A stretch of 64,000 nt of DNA. It comes from Dipteris shenzhenensis (taxonomy: Eukaryota). Positions 11,900 to 26,064 of this stretch are shown here, one piece after another. The notes beneath the pieces are model-generated. The model was given only the letters and a program-made list of their open reading frames with translations, did no database searches and had not been told where the DNA came from. How positions within the stretch are numbered: position 1 is the first letter of the stretch; the number at the start of each line of letters is the position of its first letter. Position numbers and translations under genes: made by a program. Location: NCBI GenBank assembly GCA_047967505.1, contig CM106538.1; one strand, 5' to 3'.

Positions 11900-14424
11900 G
11901 TTCATTCTCATTTTCTCTTCCCCTTGTCCCTCTCTTCTACCTTCTCCCCTTTCCCTCTTTCTCTCGTGGAAACACATTGCAACAATCCAGGAGCCATTTG
12001 AGTGACACTTGCGGATGGCTCGTACTTTGCATTGCTCTCACAAGGAGGAGCTTCGAGTGGAGGCTCCATCGGCATTCCTTCAAGATCCCCATGAAACATG
12101 AGTCATTGTTGAGACTACACCATCTCACCATTTTCGCTCTTCTTAAGAATTGTATGTTTGCCATTGACTTTCTAGTATGTGGTGGGACATACTTTGAAGC
12201 ATGCTTAGTCTCTTGAGCCTTCACAATCTGTAAATCACTCTCTTCATCATGATTTGCATCCTCAATACCCTCTTTCACCTCAACTTTTTGCTTGCCTTTG
12301 TCCACATGCGCTCCCCCTCAATCTACAACTCCATGGGCTCACACTATCAACACTTTCCTCATGTTGTGATGGCCCTGATATCACTTTACTTAAAGGTCCA
12401 GCTTGCTTTAATTTTATCTTTTCAACCTTTAGTATGTGCTCATCCTCTACAACGATTGGTTTGGCATGTGCTCATCCTCTACAAAAATTGGTTTGGACTG
12501 ATACCATTCTTCAAGCTCACTAAACTTTACATTCAACTTTCATATACTTCTTTAGTGATGGGATCATAGCATTTATATCCCTTTCTCTCAACCAAGTATC
12601 CCCAAAATACGCATTTGATAGCCCTTGGCTCCAACTTCTTGCTTATCTCACTTGGCACATGCACATAACAAGCGCAACCAAACACTTTCAAATAAGCCAA
12701 GGTTGGCTTATACCCATAAAGCTTTTCAAAAGGTCTCAACCCATGTATGGCATCCATGGGCATTCTATTCATGATATACATGGCCGTATGCACCACTTCA
12801 ACCCAAAAACTCAATGGCATATTCATCTCATCCATCATAGCTCTAGCCATGTCACCAATCACTCTATTCTTTCTTTCCGCAATGGAGTTTGTTGAGGAGT
12901 GTATCTACAAGTGGCCCATCTCTTAATGGCTTGAGCATATGATTACAGTCGGATGGCATGGGTCTATTTTTTTAAAGCCAAAAGTGATGCCTTTCAAGTA
13001 TTTTGCCAATTCAAAGGAAATGATAGAGAAGGCCCTTGGGTATTATATCAAGTACTTTCATACAAAAAATGGTGGAGATTATATGTCCTATGAATTTGAT
13101 GAGTTTCTATTCAAACTTGTTAAAGCGCACTTGATAGTCATCATCCATTTGACCAATGGTAGCAAGATTTTTTGTGATTGTGGGCACATATAAGACATCT
13201 CCCAATGTATTCTCCACACCATATTTATCCCTCAAGGGAATATTACCAATATGAGTAATCTTGTGCAGAGTATCATCTCCTATAGAAATAAACTCCTCAC
13301 CACCGAGCATCTCATCCTTGTGAATAAACCACTCACCATGATGTGTCAAATGATTCGTGGCTCCCAAATCTATGAACCAATCATCACTAAAAGAGAGGTC
13401 TCACATGCTGCTCATAACACTCTCAATACTCAAGGGGTGAGTGCCATATCCATGCTCATATGCATGCTCTCTTCACCAACATAATGATTGTATCGTGCTC
13501 TGCCACTAGGCCCTCTATATGTGGCATTATACTTGGCATAACAATCTCTTTCAAAGTGCCCATATTTTCCACAAAAGTGACAATTTCCAGCTTGTCGAGT
13601 ATGAGTGGCCCTTCCTCTACCATGAAGCATGACTCTCCCCCTTCCTCTTGGAATGTAACCATGTCCTCTTTGAGAAAACTCATTTCTGTCCATAATGTTT
13701 TGAGGGGCATATGAGGCTCTTCCATGGCCTCTTGGGGGTCCACTTTGCCCTCTAAAATCACCTCTTCCACCCCGATGATAGAACAAATTGTCTCTTCCAC
13801 TACTTGTGGAAGTTTTGAGCCCAAGCTTCAACTCTTCCGTCATGCATAATGGAACTAGCTCCCCAAAATCGGGCATATTGCCTCACAAGAAAATAGAAGG
13901 ATCTAACAATTTGTATTGATGGCCTAAACCATTCAAGGTGATAGACATCAAATCTTCATCTTCCACATTGCAATTTATGGAGGCTAAGTCTTTCATAATT
14001 TGCCTTATCTCAGCCACATAGTCTGTTATGCTTCTATTTCCTCTCCACATTCCATGGAGGCGCTGCTTGAGCTGAATTTTTATTGCCTCTGTGGTTCCAT
14101 ACAATTTGTGAATGATATCTTCATGATATTCCAAGCTTCTTTAGGCATGCTAGCCTTCTTGATGTGAGGGATGAATGTATCAAAAATGCATAAGGAGATC
14201 CAATACAACACCTTTCTTGATTTCTCAACCCATGTTTTGTATTCCAATTTCTGCTCATCCGAGGGTTCATCCCAAGGCAATTCTGGGCATTCATCTTCAC
14301 CTGTGATCAAGCCCCAAACACATTTTCCCATGAGGAAGTTTTCCATTCTATAAGACCAAGTGCTATAATTATCCTTTGTGAACTTTTCACGCACAATTTG
14401 GGTTACTTGAGTAGTCTCACCCAT
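11900..14424 (-). mobile_element. Degenerate Ty1/copia gag-protease-integrase fragment with an internal inversion
   Basis: Gag (EKFTKDNYSTWSYRMENFLMGK), knuckle CHFCGKYGHFERDC, protease (GATNHLTHHGEWF...VLYVPTITKNL), and integrase C-terminus (FWVEVVHTAMYIMNR...LKVFGCACYVHVP...KCVFWGY). Multiple frameshifts. The integrase core at 12939-13108 is on the + strand. Confidence 0.9.
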
Positions 14425-15209
14425 GCTTGATTAACAATATTTGGTTCCAGATGCAACTTAGCAGACCTCAAGGCAATGGCACTTTTTTTATTTTTCTGAG
14501 CACACTCACTTCAAGTGATGCAAGCGGCATCAAAAACTGAGAATTCACCCTCTTTTCAAGTGTTCACACTTGCTCAAATTTTAGGCATCCAAGGAAATCA
14601 AAATTGAGCACTAATAGTCCACTTTTGAGCACAAATTCAAGCATGTACCAATGCACTTATGGCTTTTCCCACTTTCTATAAATGAGCATATTTTGGCATC
14701 AAATAGCCAAAAATTGCCTTCCAAATATGCTCTTGCAATGGCTTATCAAACTGAAAATTTTTCCCACACTTTGGGCATCATACTCATCCATCTATATGAC
14801 ATCTATACATCAACAACATGGTCTTGCCATCACAACCTAGTAATGCCATGTGGTAGTTCCACCTCACACTACCACCTCAGCTACTATGCTTTAGCATGTG
14901 AACACCCTATCCATATCACCATAGTGCACACATAGAGAGATGATGGTGTTCATTAGGACCTGGGATCATCCTGTTTTCTCATGTTACTCCACTTGGGATG
15001 ATGTAGCTTTACAACACGCATGGTTGTTCAATTATATTATAGAGGCCAAGGATAGACCATTGTATACTTAATTAAACGTCCAAACCCCTCCATCCAAGTG
15101 TTTTGGTTTTTTGTAATTGTGTTCAACGCAGCTCTTCCATGATAGTTTTTTATATCAAAGTACATATCTAGATTCATCATCCCCAAAATGTAACTAACTA
15201 CCAAGGGAA

Positions 15210-15591
15210 GGGGTGTGCGTGTGTGTGTGTGCGTGCACGCACGTGCACGTGCATACATGTGTGCTTGTACATGCATGTAAGCATGTGTGTGGATGTGCAC
15301 GCATGTGTGTGTATGCGTGCACAGGAGGTGTGTGCAAGCGAGTAACATGACTTGTCTACAATGGGTTAGAGACCCACTCTGCTAGACTCAATGTGGGATC
15401 TAATTTTAAGAAATAAAATTTGAGTTTCAAGACCCCCTCCACTGTAGGCACCGTTTGGCTTATCTCTTTGCTCAGGTTACTCAACGATCCAACCTAGAAG
15501 AGCGGCCATGGGATGTTGATCTAGGGGCAAAGCATTCACACAAAAAATTCCTAACCCTTTCTCTCTCTCTCCTCCCCCCCCAACATGCACA

Positions 15592-15631
<40 letters not shown>

Positions 15632-15865
15632 CCATATTTATTTTCGCAAGGTAGTATCTATATCCTAGAAAGGTCTCCGAGAAAGTTTCCCTTCACAACA
15701 ATGAGCACTTTTTTCCATTTTCCCTACTTGAGATAGATAAAAGTTTCCTCTTCTAGGCACTCGCACTCGCACTCTCTCTCTCTCTCTCTCTGTTCCCATA
15801 TTTATTTTCGCAAGGTAATATCTATATTCTAGAAAGGTCTCTGAAAAAGTTTCCCTTCACAAAAA
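15210..15865. repeat. (TG/CG)n and (TC)n microsatellites plus a ~90-bp duplicated segment
   Basis: Purine-pyrimidine alternating tract at 15212-15335. The block (TC)n-CCCATATTTATTTTCGCAAGGTA...TTTCCCTTCACAA occurs at ~15593-15700 and ~15772-15862. Confidence 0.8.
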
Positions 15866-16796
15866 TGGGCCCTTTTTGCCTCTGTAAGGGTCCTAAGGGA
15901 TGGAGACATTAGTTTTTTGCTAATCAGGCCCATCCGACTTCTTTCGATTCATTTGGTCAACTTGAGCACTTTAATTTTTGGTTTAGTGGTTGTTTAAGGC
16001 TTTCTATTAAGCTCTCAATGTGTTGTTAGAGTCAAGTTTTTGTCCTCTTGTGGAGGTTCTAAATGCTTTTGTCTTTTACTAGATATTTCTTTCTAGAGAT
16101 GCAAGGCTCTCTTTGTCTCTTATATGACACCACTCTTGCCAAAATAGCCACATCCCCACTTTTATTTAATGGTCCATCTCCCCCCCCCACACACACACAC
16201 CTCTTTTCTCTAGTCTCTTTCACTCATCTACCTAGAGTACAAGATCAACATCATCCTTTTCCAATACACATGTCGTCGATCCATTGACTCAATCTACTCT
16301 ACCAATCACATAATTTCTCTTAGTATTCTATGGCACCACATTTCTCAACACCCCCACCAAACTTCACACTTAAACTTATAATGACATTCTAAAAGGCAGG
16401 GCCTTAGTGGGATCCCCACTTGTTTCCCTTTTTGCTTCTTGAGATGGATATCCAAAAGTTTCCTCTTCTAAGCTGGACACTAACTAGATGTGTATACTCT
16501 ATAAAACAATGCGGTGTATGTAAGATATTTGATCCATTGGCTCAATATCATAGACAATAATAGACTCTTTATAACCATTTTATAGAACTAAAATCTTGAC
16601 TAGGATCCATTATCTACACACATGATTAATTTTATTATCACTGCTTAATTTTCATAATCAATTCTATACATGACCTCAACCAAGGATAATTATGAATCAA
16701 TTCTATACAGGTAAGCATTGCACTTCTAATTATGAATAGGCAAAGGATGTCGCACCCTAAACCCACCTTCAACTCTTAATTGCATCTATTGTTCAG

Positions 16797-19794
16797 GTCT
16801 CACTACATCGGGTTACCATGCATGTCCTGTTTATGGTCCTTCGCTAGTTGCCTCAAAGGCAGACGCATTGAATAAGGTCATCTATGAGAATCACCATGGA
16901 TTTCTCCCACCTGATCATCCTAGATGTGTTGCACCTTGGAATGAAGTCCTCCCACAATCACTCACCGCGGGAGATTGGATGAGAATTTGGGATAATTCCA
17001 CGATGACTCCACCACTTGGCATGAGCCGGTTTGTAACTATTGTGTGCTATATTGACTGGAAATAAAGATTACCCACTGACACTTTATTTTGTTTAGATAC
17101 TCCATCTTTTATCGTTTACCATATTGGTCCCACCTCAAGATCAATCACCTGCTTGATTCCATGCATATCTTCAAGAATGTGGCATCTACCATTTGGGAGC
17201 ATTTGAATGGGACACGAGATTCCGCAGGCATAAGGGAGGATCTATGTACCACAGGGAGGATGCGTGAAGCTTGGCCACAAGAGAGACCAAATGGGCGTGT
17301 TTTTTTACCTCGTGCATCGTGGATGTTATCAAAGCTAGAGATGGCGACAGTGAAGCGCACTATTACTACAATTCGTACTCCCACTGGATGTATGAGGTGT
17401 TTGAAGGGAGCCTTTACAAAGAGCAAGAAAAGAGGTGTAGAGCAATTATATGGCTTGAAATCTCATGATTGCCACAAGATGCTCCAAGTAAGTATTTTAT
17501 GTGCATAACATCTTTTTCCTTTCAAATTTGTGAGTGAATAATTATAAGCAACTAATCAACCACCTCCTCGTGGGTTCAGTTCATACTACCTATTAGCATT
17601 TCACGTAGTGCATCAAAGGACGTGAAAGATTTTATTTACAAGATGGGCGAGCTTATGAGGTACTTTACATGATATAAAATATGATGCGTATCAATGCTCC
17701 ATGCAAGTTTGAATGCATATTGCTAATATGTTGTACTTTTTCATTTCTAGGTATGTGAGCTCAAAGGAAATAGATCCCACCACGCTTGAGAATGCTCGAG
17801 TTATGTCAATGGAGGTGATTTGTTTAATGGAGGAGACATTTCCACGTTCTATTCTCACAAGCCAACTACATCTTATAGTGCATTTGGTGAATGAGATTGC
17901 TATATGCGATACTATACATGCACGATGGTTGTTCTTCCTCGAGCACTTCGTGAAGACCTTGAAGGGCTTCGTGAAACAAAATGCAAGACCCGAAGGTAGC
18001 ATGACCGAGGGTTGGTTGGTACAAGAGCCACTTGTATATATTTCTGAGTTTCTTGTTGATGTGGATAGCTCTCTTCCACGACTATGGAGAGATGATGAGG
18101 ACCTAAGGATGACCTCTATTGTGCCTCAAGGGAAAGGACGCAACAAAGTAATAGACATGGAGTTGCATAATAGCATCAACCTCTTTTGCGTGCTTAATAG
18201 TAATGTGATGAAAAGATGGATGACAAGATACGAGGATGCAAAGACAAGAAGACAAGAAGAAAGGGCCCTCTTTCGTATACACCATGGATCTCGTGTGCCA
18301 TACCCTCAGTATCTAAGAGCACTTCCAAAGGATATTCATGTGGATTGGCTACTTGATGAAATGGAGAAAGCAAAGAAAGACGAGGGGATGCATATCACAA
18401 TGGAAGAATGGGAGTATGCTAGGGGATGCATGAGCAAGGTCGGTATATAGAATGTTATGCATAAGTTAGGAGCTTTCAATAATTTAGATTGCTTATTTAA
18501 TTGATTTTTTCTTGGTGTAGTGCACTATGTTCAATGCTATATGGTGTGAGGACAAGCATTTTCGAACACAACAGATTGATGATAAGAGAAACACACAAGA
18601 TTGCGACGTCATTGCTAGCTTTGAGGGAGCCAATGGAGCCATGGATGATTATTGTAACATAATCCAAGATATTATTATGCTTGACTTTCCACGCTTCTTT
18701 GTGTATGTTTTGGATGTAAAGTGGTTTAAGGACGTGGTGGAAAGAGACCCTAATGCACAATCAAACGCCATGCAAGTGGCTTTGTAACTATTAACTCCAC
18801 AAAGCTTTGGCAAAGTAAGGACACACTAGTACTACCGTAACAATGTGAACAGATACTGTGCACACATATAAAAATACTCGCTTTTTAATATTTGATACAA
18901 GAAAAATAACATGATTGCATTTGTGTTTGAATTAGGTTGTCTATCAACCAATGGTGAATAATACCCGATGGTGACATGTCATACCTATTATGCCACGTTC
19001 CAAAGTGATGTATAGTACATTTACTAATATGGAGCGTATGGAGGATGATCATGACCATGGACGTGATGATGACCGTGATACGAGAGAAAAGGATGATCAT
19101 GAGATAGGAGATACAGATATTCAGGCCATTACTCGTGAGGACGAGCCTACCATTGGTGATGCTGATTTCGATGAGCACATGAGTAGCACAAGTAGTAGTG
19201 GGTTGAATATATTTGTAGATCTAAACACTTGTTTGGATTTTGAAGTAGATAGTTTGGCAAGGATTAATCTCATTGAGGATGAGATTGAACCATAGCCCAT
19301 CATTGGTATTAGCAAAACTATTGTACATATTGTCTCATTCTCCTCACCTCACTTTATTCTTGTATATGTGAGCTTGCAAAAAAGCATTGATGTTTTTGTT
19401 AAAATTATGTGCTTTAATCATGAATAATGTTTGAAAAGCAATGATGTATACGCGTCTAAATATGCGTCTGAGTCCTAGTGTAAACACGCAAATAAACGTG
19501 CTAATACACGCGCAAATAGACGCACTGATAAAACTATGTTGAACGGGCCAATATTTTCTTAATTTAAACGCACAAATAGACGTGTTAATACATGCACAAA
19601 TAGAAGCGCTGATAAACACGATGTTAGACGAGCCCGTATTTTCTCAGTTTAAACACGCAAATAGACGCATTATTTAAACGCGCAAATAGACGAGTTGTTA
19701 GACGCACTTTTAGACGCGCCCATAATTCCTCGACTCAAACAATGCCTATAGACGCGCCCACTATTTTGCACGTCTATAGTTGCTTTGTGTTGTG
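16797..19794 (+). mobile_element. 5'-truncated CACTA/EnSpm DNA transposon: intron-containing Tnp2-like transposase pseudogene, subterminal repeats and a degenerate 3' terminus
   Basis: Motifs GLTTSGYHACPV, SIFYRLPYWSHLKINHLLDSMHIFKNV, LKSHDCHKMLQ and HLIVHLVNEI...RWLFFLEHFVKTLKGFVKQNARPEGSMTEGW match Transposase_21/DUF4218/DUF4216-type proteins. GT-AG introns are present. TAGACGCG-like subterminal repeats lie at 19450-19780. The terminus TTTGTGTTGTG at 19794 reads CACAA on the other strand, one change from CACTA. Confidence 0.88.
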
Positions 19795-20223
19795 CTACTT
19801 GAAAGGGTCTATAGATGAGGAGACGTGCAAGCAAAAAGGATCTAGATGAGGGGACATGTGATCAAAAACCTTGACTACAAGGCAAAAGTACATGTTATTG
19901 AATCATTATATAAATGGAGAAAATCTCCTTGCAAGGCTTTCACTACAATCGAACTCACAACACAAAAATACAAGCATTGGATCATTATCCAATGCACTCC
20001 ACAAAATGCCAATTTTGGATACTAGAAAGAAAGCCTTTGCTTGACAATCTAAAAAGGCTTGACAATCTAATGCACACTACAAAATTATACCAGGTACAAT
20101 CAATCAGTTGAATGCATGATGCTTTAGACAGAGGCCATCACATAATGCACAAACGAAGTCAGAGACATCCTCATCTGCTCATGGAAAAACTAAGTGGCCG
20201 TATACTTACAAAAATTAACCCGA

Positions 20224-23200
20224 TCAACTTTGAGCACCATGAGCACGTTGGATGTTGACAAGGCGAGCGTAAGAGCCGTCAACTTTGGCAATGAGCTGGT
20301 CATGGGATCCTTGCTCCAAGATGTGACCCTCTTGTACCACAGCAATGGTATCCGCATTGCGGATGGTGGTGAGGCGATGGGCAATGACAATGGTGGTGCG
20401 TCCTTGCATCAACCGATCCAACGCCACTTGCACCACCTTCTCGGATTCCGCATCTAAAGCTGATGTGGCTTCATCCAACAAGAGAATGGCGGGGTCCTTG
20501 AGCACAGCACGTGCGATGGCCACGCGTTGCTTTTGTCCACCAGAGAGCTGGACACCACGCTCGCCAACTTGGGTCTGGTAACCATTGGGGAGGCCACTGA
20601 TGAAGCGATGGGCATTGGCCATGTTGGCAGCGGCCTCTATTTCGGTTTGCGAGGCACCTTGGCGGCCGTAAAGGATGTTCTCGTAGATTGACGTGGCGAA
20701 CAGAGCGGGCTCCTGCTGGACGAGGCCAATATGCTGACGAAGCGACCGGAGGTTGAGACGCCGTATATCCTTTCCGTCAACAAAGACGCTTCCGACAATT
20801 GGGTCGTAGAACCTCTCTACAAGCCCCACGATGGAGCTTTTGCCGGAACCGCTAGCTCCCACCAGAGCCAGACTCTCTCCCGCGTTCACTCTCAGCGATA
20901 GCCCCTTGAAGATCCGCACGTCTGGCCTTGTCGGATACGCAAATTCCACATCGCGTAGCTCTATGTCTCCCCGAACTTGCTCCACCTTCTCAGCGTTCAG
21001 ATCGTCTGGATCAATCTCTGTCCGGCGATCCACTATTTGAAAGACGGACTCCAACGCATTCCCCGCCTTGATGATGTCCGGCGTCAGCCCTAGCGTCTCC
21101 GCCACCGCGAATGCCGTCATCATAAGCACTAGGAAGACCTTCATCACAGAGCCAAAGCTGGCATTGCCGTTCTTGACCAGCGTGGAACCATACCAGAGCA
21201 CGAGGCCGTAGCTGCTGTACATGCACATCTGAGACAGGCCGTAGAAGAAGCCGGAGAAGTTTCCGCGGAGGAGGCTGCGCCGCGAGGGCCCGCGCAGGGC
21301 GAGTACGAAGAGGGAAAGGACTTTGTTCTCGGCGTTGAAGGCGGCGACGGTACGGATGTTGCTGACGGAATCGCCAGCGATCATGCTGGCGTGGGAGTGG
21401 GCGGCGTCGACGTCACCACCGAAGCCGGAGACGGTGAGTTGCTGCAAAGGAAGAGGAGAAGAAGCAAATGAGCGAACAACAGAAATTCGTGGACAGTAAG
21501 AAGGGTGAGGGAAGAGGAATTATCGACGGAAGGAGCACATCAACGACGGGAATTCGTCTACGACAGAAATTTAAGACGAATTGTCGACGGACGGGAAGTG
21601 GCATACCTGGCCGACAGCCGCACCGATGAGCAGGGGGAAAGTGGAGAGGAGAACGAGGGCGACACGCCATTGCACGACAAGGGCAATGACGCAGGCGGTG
21701 ACGAAGACCGTGGTATTCTGAACAATCATGGAGAGTCGATCACCGAGAGCTCCCCTCACGTGCGTCGCGTCCGTCGCCAGCCGGGCAGCCAGTCGCTTGC
21801 TATTATTCTCGTCCAAATCGAACCACCCTACCTCGTTCCGTATTATGGCTGCGACAACGGTAAAGAAAACTTTGTAAGTCTCCTTCCATCGAACGAAAGC
21901 GGAAAGACATCCTGTCAGTTTCCGTCGATCGACAGAAGAAAATTCGGTAAGTCTTTCGGATTACGTAGGTCTCCGTCGCTCGAACTCAGTTGCACATGGT
22001 CGATATCGAGCACTAAACCCCAACCATATAAAATCAGGCACAGAACCAACGGTTTCCGATGATCCGATCTACATATGTACACAACAGCTACTACATTGTG
22101 CTAAAACGGAAACGCATCCACAAACGTTCAAACTTTTGCGGCATTCGAAGGGAATTTCGCTTCTTCCCTGACAAACCGCCGGAACGAGCTGCCGAATCAG
22201 CAGCAGAATCGCTTTCGGCAAAATCGGGAAACGCGATTTTCTCAAACACACAACGGAATTGGGAAAGAGTGGAATTCCGTCGGCCAAACCGTAAAGCTTC
22301 AACAACAACAAAACTATCGATGGACGTGAAACCTAAACGTGATTTGGAGCAAGGATGCGACGGAGGCATCAGCTTACCGTCGGAGAAACGTTGCGAAAGC
22401 AAGAACAACGGACGGACAAAAACGTCGCGTTACGACAACGGTTACGACACTCACATCGGAACATCAATTCACGAACTCGAGCAGTGAGATTCTCGCTGAC
22501 GATGCCGAAGTAGTAGTGCTGCAAGACGTAGATGCCGAGCGAGACCACTCCGACGCAGACGTAAAGCAACGCATACTTCTGCACATCCTGTTTCATCTTG
22601 TGAAAATCGGTGTAATAGTAGATCGTCAACAGCTCGCTGATCACCAACGCGAAGATTGGATTCACGAACCCTGCCAGAATTGCTCCGACGCTCCCTAACA
22701 TCGCATACGGCCATTCCGGCGCATTCAGCTTCACCAGCCTCCAAAACGGCGAGCTGAATCTTCGACTTCCCGTCGTTGCCTCGACCTTGCTCCGTCCTAC
22801 TCCGGCTTCCCCTTTTGCAGTGCTGCCGTCCGCCTCTTCTTCATCCCGCTTGCCTTCCGATCCACCTTCGCTCGTGCAATGGCTCAATCTCCTTCCGCTG
22901 CTCATCCGCCGACCGCTTCTTGATAGTAAGCTCGCTTGACTCCCACCTTTCGGCGAGCTCGCACTCGTCCTCCCAAAGGAGCTTGCAACCCTGCACAGAT
23001 TGAGAATATATCACGGCTTTGTTCTCGCGACGAATAATGCATTGCGCAACGACCTTTGCTGTCTTTGCAGCTTCAGAAAACCCACAGCCGAACAGAATCG
23101 TGAAGTTCAAGACAACGCAGCTGTTCGAGTTCTGACGTACTTCGATCGCCTTCCTAAAATCGTTCCGTCGCTTGCCAAAGCCATCTGCTGCAGCTTTACC

Positions 23201-25876
23201 AGAGTAGAGTAGGCTCCCAATTCGCCTTTCGCGATGAGCTCATCGTGCGTCCCCATTTCTATTATCTTTCCTGCTTGTACAACGCCGATTGTATCAACAT
23301 TTCGGATCGTAGAAAGCCTGTGCGCGACGATCACAGTCGTTCTCCCAACCATTATGCGGTCCAGCGCATCCTGGACTACTCGTTCCGAGGCTGCATCCAA
23401 AGCACTTGTTGCCTCATCGAGAAGCAGGACTTTTGGATCCTTCAGCATTGCCCTGGCGATGGCTACCCTCTGCTTCTGCCCGCCTGAAAGTTGAACTCCT
23501 CGGTCTCCCACCTGCATTTACCGACCGAGCCAGTCCTTCCAAATGAGTTCGTCCATCCATAGCGTTCAAGTCCAGCAGCAACGGTTGCATCGAAAACAAA
23601 TTCAGAATTTGTAAAAGCACGGCTCTACAATTACCAGAGTTTTGTAGCCTTCGGGCAGATCAGTTATGAACGCATGTGCATTGGAGGCTTTAGCTGCCGC
23701 CTCCACTTCTTGCATCGAAGCACCCTCCTTGCCGTAAAGAATGTTTTCGAGTATAGAGGTCGCAAAGAGAGCAGGTTCCTGATTGACCAAGCCTATCTGA
23801 TCACGAAGCCATCTGAGCTCCAATGTGGAGATGTCAACCCCATCGAGGAGAACTAGACCTGATATTTTGCATCAACGAAGCGAGAAAGTCAGAAAATTTC
23901 TCAGCGGAACTGTCTTGGCTATGTCTACATCGTGGAAATACGAGCTGGAGAGCTGTGATCAGTGCAACAGACCCTACCTCCAACGGGATCGTAAAACCGT
24001 TCGATGAGCGAGATGACTGTGCTCTTGCCTGAGCCACTGCTGCCAACGAGTGCAACCGTTTTTCCGGAAGGTATCATCAAGTTGAAGTCCTCAAAGATGG
24101 TTACATCAGGTCTCGAGGGGTAGGAGAAGACGACATTGCGCAATTCTATGTCGCCTTTCACTTCGGAGAGAGTAGAACCGTGAGCAGTTTGGCGGTCCAT
24201 CTTGAGGGGTCTGTTCAACATCTCGAAGATGGTGTAAGCTGCTGCCGTTCCTTTACTGAAAGCAGTCATGTTGCTCATAGCTTGTCCTAAAGACCTGCAA
24301 CAGAAAGATCAGCAATTCTCGTAAAGAAACGCTCAAGAAAACCTCAGAAGTTCAGGCCTAAAGATCAGCAAACTCTGAAGTTCAGGTTTTTACATGCCGC
24401 CGACGATCGCAGCGAAGATAGCCGTAATAGCCTTGCCACCATTCGTCTCCCCTCGCCGGATGAGCACACCTCCATACCACAAAACCAATGCCCAGGACAA
24501 GAACATAATGGTGTACGTTACTCCCATACCCAAGCCTTTCGCTAATCCCCCTTTGTACCCCAGCTTCAATGTCGTTTTGATGGCATCTGAAAACGATTGT
24601 GAAGCTTTGTTCTCGCCTGCGAAAGAGTACACCGTCCGTATTTGAGCGATTGTCTGTTCCGTCCTCACAATGACGCATAGTTACCAACAAAATTCCGTCA
24701 GTAACACTTCGCTTGTAAACATTCGGACGTTCTTCCATCCCATATATCACATATAAAATCACATCACTCTAAGTTTGGTTCAGCTTGAATTCCAACACCC
24801 TACCTGTTCTGCAATGGTGCCTGCTTGCCCGTATGCATCTTGGCTTTCGCTTGTCAGGCGCGTTAGAGTGTAGACATACAGACCTCCCGCAAAAGCGATT
24901 GCTGGAACCACGGCGATTGTGACTAGACATATCTGCCATACGGCAGAAAACCCCACTCCGAAACCGCCGATGAAAGTCGCCATGAAACGGAGGAAACTAC
25001 CCACCTGTATCCAAACAGAGTATCCAATCATGTCACTGAAATGCTGGTGCTACGGTCTAACGTTTGTGGAAAGATGAATCAGAAGAGGGGTGCAAGACTC
25101 TACTCGCCTTCTCACTGATTGCGTCTTGCACCAAGATTGAATCTTTAGAAATACTTTCGACTAGCATTCCAGTACGAGCATCGGTATCAAAGAAGCCAAC
25201 ATCTTGGTTTAAGATGGCCTCCAAATACTTCACACGCATCCGACTCGCCTGCCTTTGGCCTGTGTGCATCCAGCAAGCGATCTCTGCAAGCGATCTCTAC
25301 AATCAGTATTCCTGCTCCTTTCATTCTCTGTGTCTCCTCCTGATGCAAACAACATCCTTGCAAACAAAAGCGTACCTGCCCAACTTGCCCCCCAGATAAC
25401 CAGGCCGAGATAGACCAAATAGAGAGCATACTGCACCAGCAAAGCATCAAGAAAGTCTCAGGAACAAACGCTTATCTCCACGAACGTAGGTCCCAAAATG
25501 CAGGTGGGATTAGAGTCTATACCTTTCCGACTTCGTTTGCCATATGGTTGGGGTCGCTCTGATTCTTCCCGAAGCTGTTCACCAGCTTTCCGAAGAAAAA
25601 GAAGAACATGGGGAAAGCCATGCCATGACCGAGAGCACCGATGGTTCCGAGGGTCATCAACAGGTAGTCGAGGCGATCTGCGAAGGAGAAAAGCTGGAAG
25701 AAGCCAACGGTTGGGACGGGGTCTTTCTTGACGAACTCGGCGGCTGCTAGCTTCTCCTTGGAGGGAGATGGGGAAGCAGAGGGCGGGAGGCTTGGTGTCA
25801 TGTTGACGACTTCGACAGATTGGCCATGGGGGAGCTCAGTGTGCTGGGACTGGACTTCAAAGGGAGCTGCTGCCAT
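20224..25876 (-). CDS. ABCB: Full-size ABC transporter subfamily B (P-glycoprotein/MDR, ABCB19/ABCB1-like), 11 exons, ~1317 aa
   Basis: Exons (-): 25876-25523, 25430-25376, 25283-25108, 25004-24804, 24653-24394, 24294-23978, 23858-23635, 23511-23141, 22990-22455, 21848-21607, 21441-20224. The total is 3954 nt with all phases consistent. TMD-NBD-TMD-NBD layout with two Walker A motifs ([18 protein letters not shown]), two LSGGQKQR signatures and two [11 protein letters not shown] Walker B motifs. Confidence 0.95.
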
Positions 25877-26064
25877 GGCCTCCCGGGAAGGCAAACAGGG
25901 AATCTATAGCCTGAAACACAAAGATAACTCGAAACTGCTCAAGGATGGGATTTTGGAGAAGTTTTATGGGGAAGCGTTCCTTGGCGAGCAAGACACGAAA
26001 CGATTTCATTTTTTGCGTGCTCTTTTGCTCTTTCGGCAGTCATTGCGTGCTCTTTACGGCACTT

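Noticed and set aside
16801-16807. CACTACA as the 5' TIR of the CACTA element
   Set aside because: It lies inside the transposase coding frame (GLTTSG); the true 5' end is missing.
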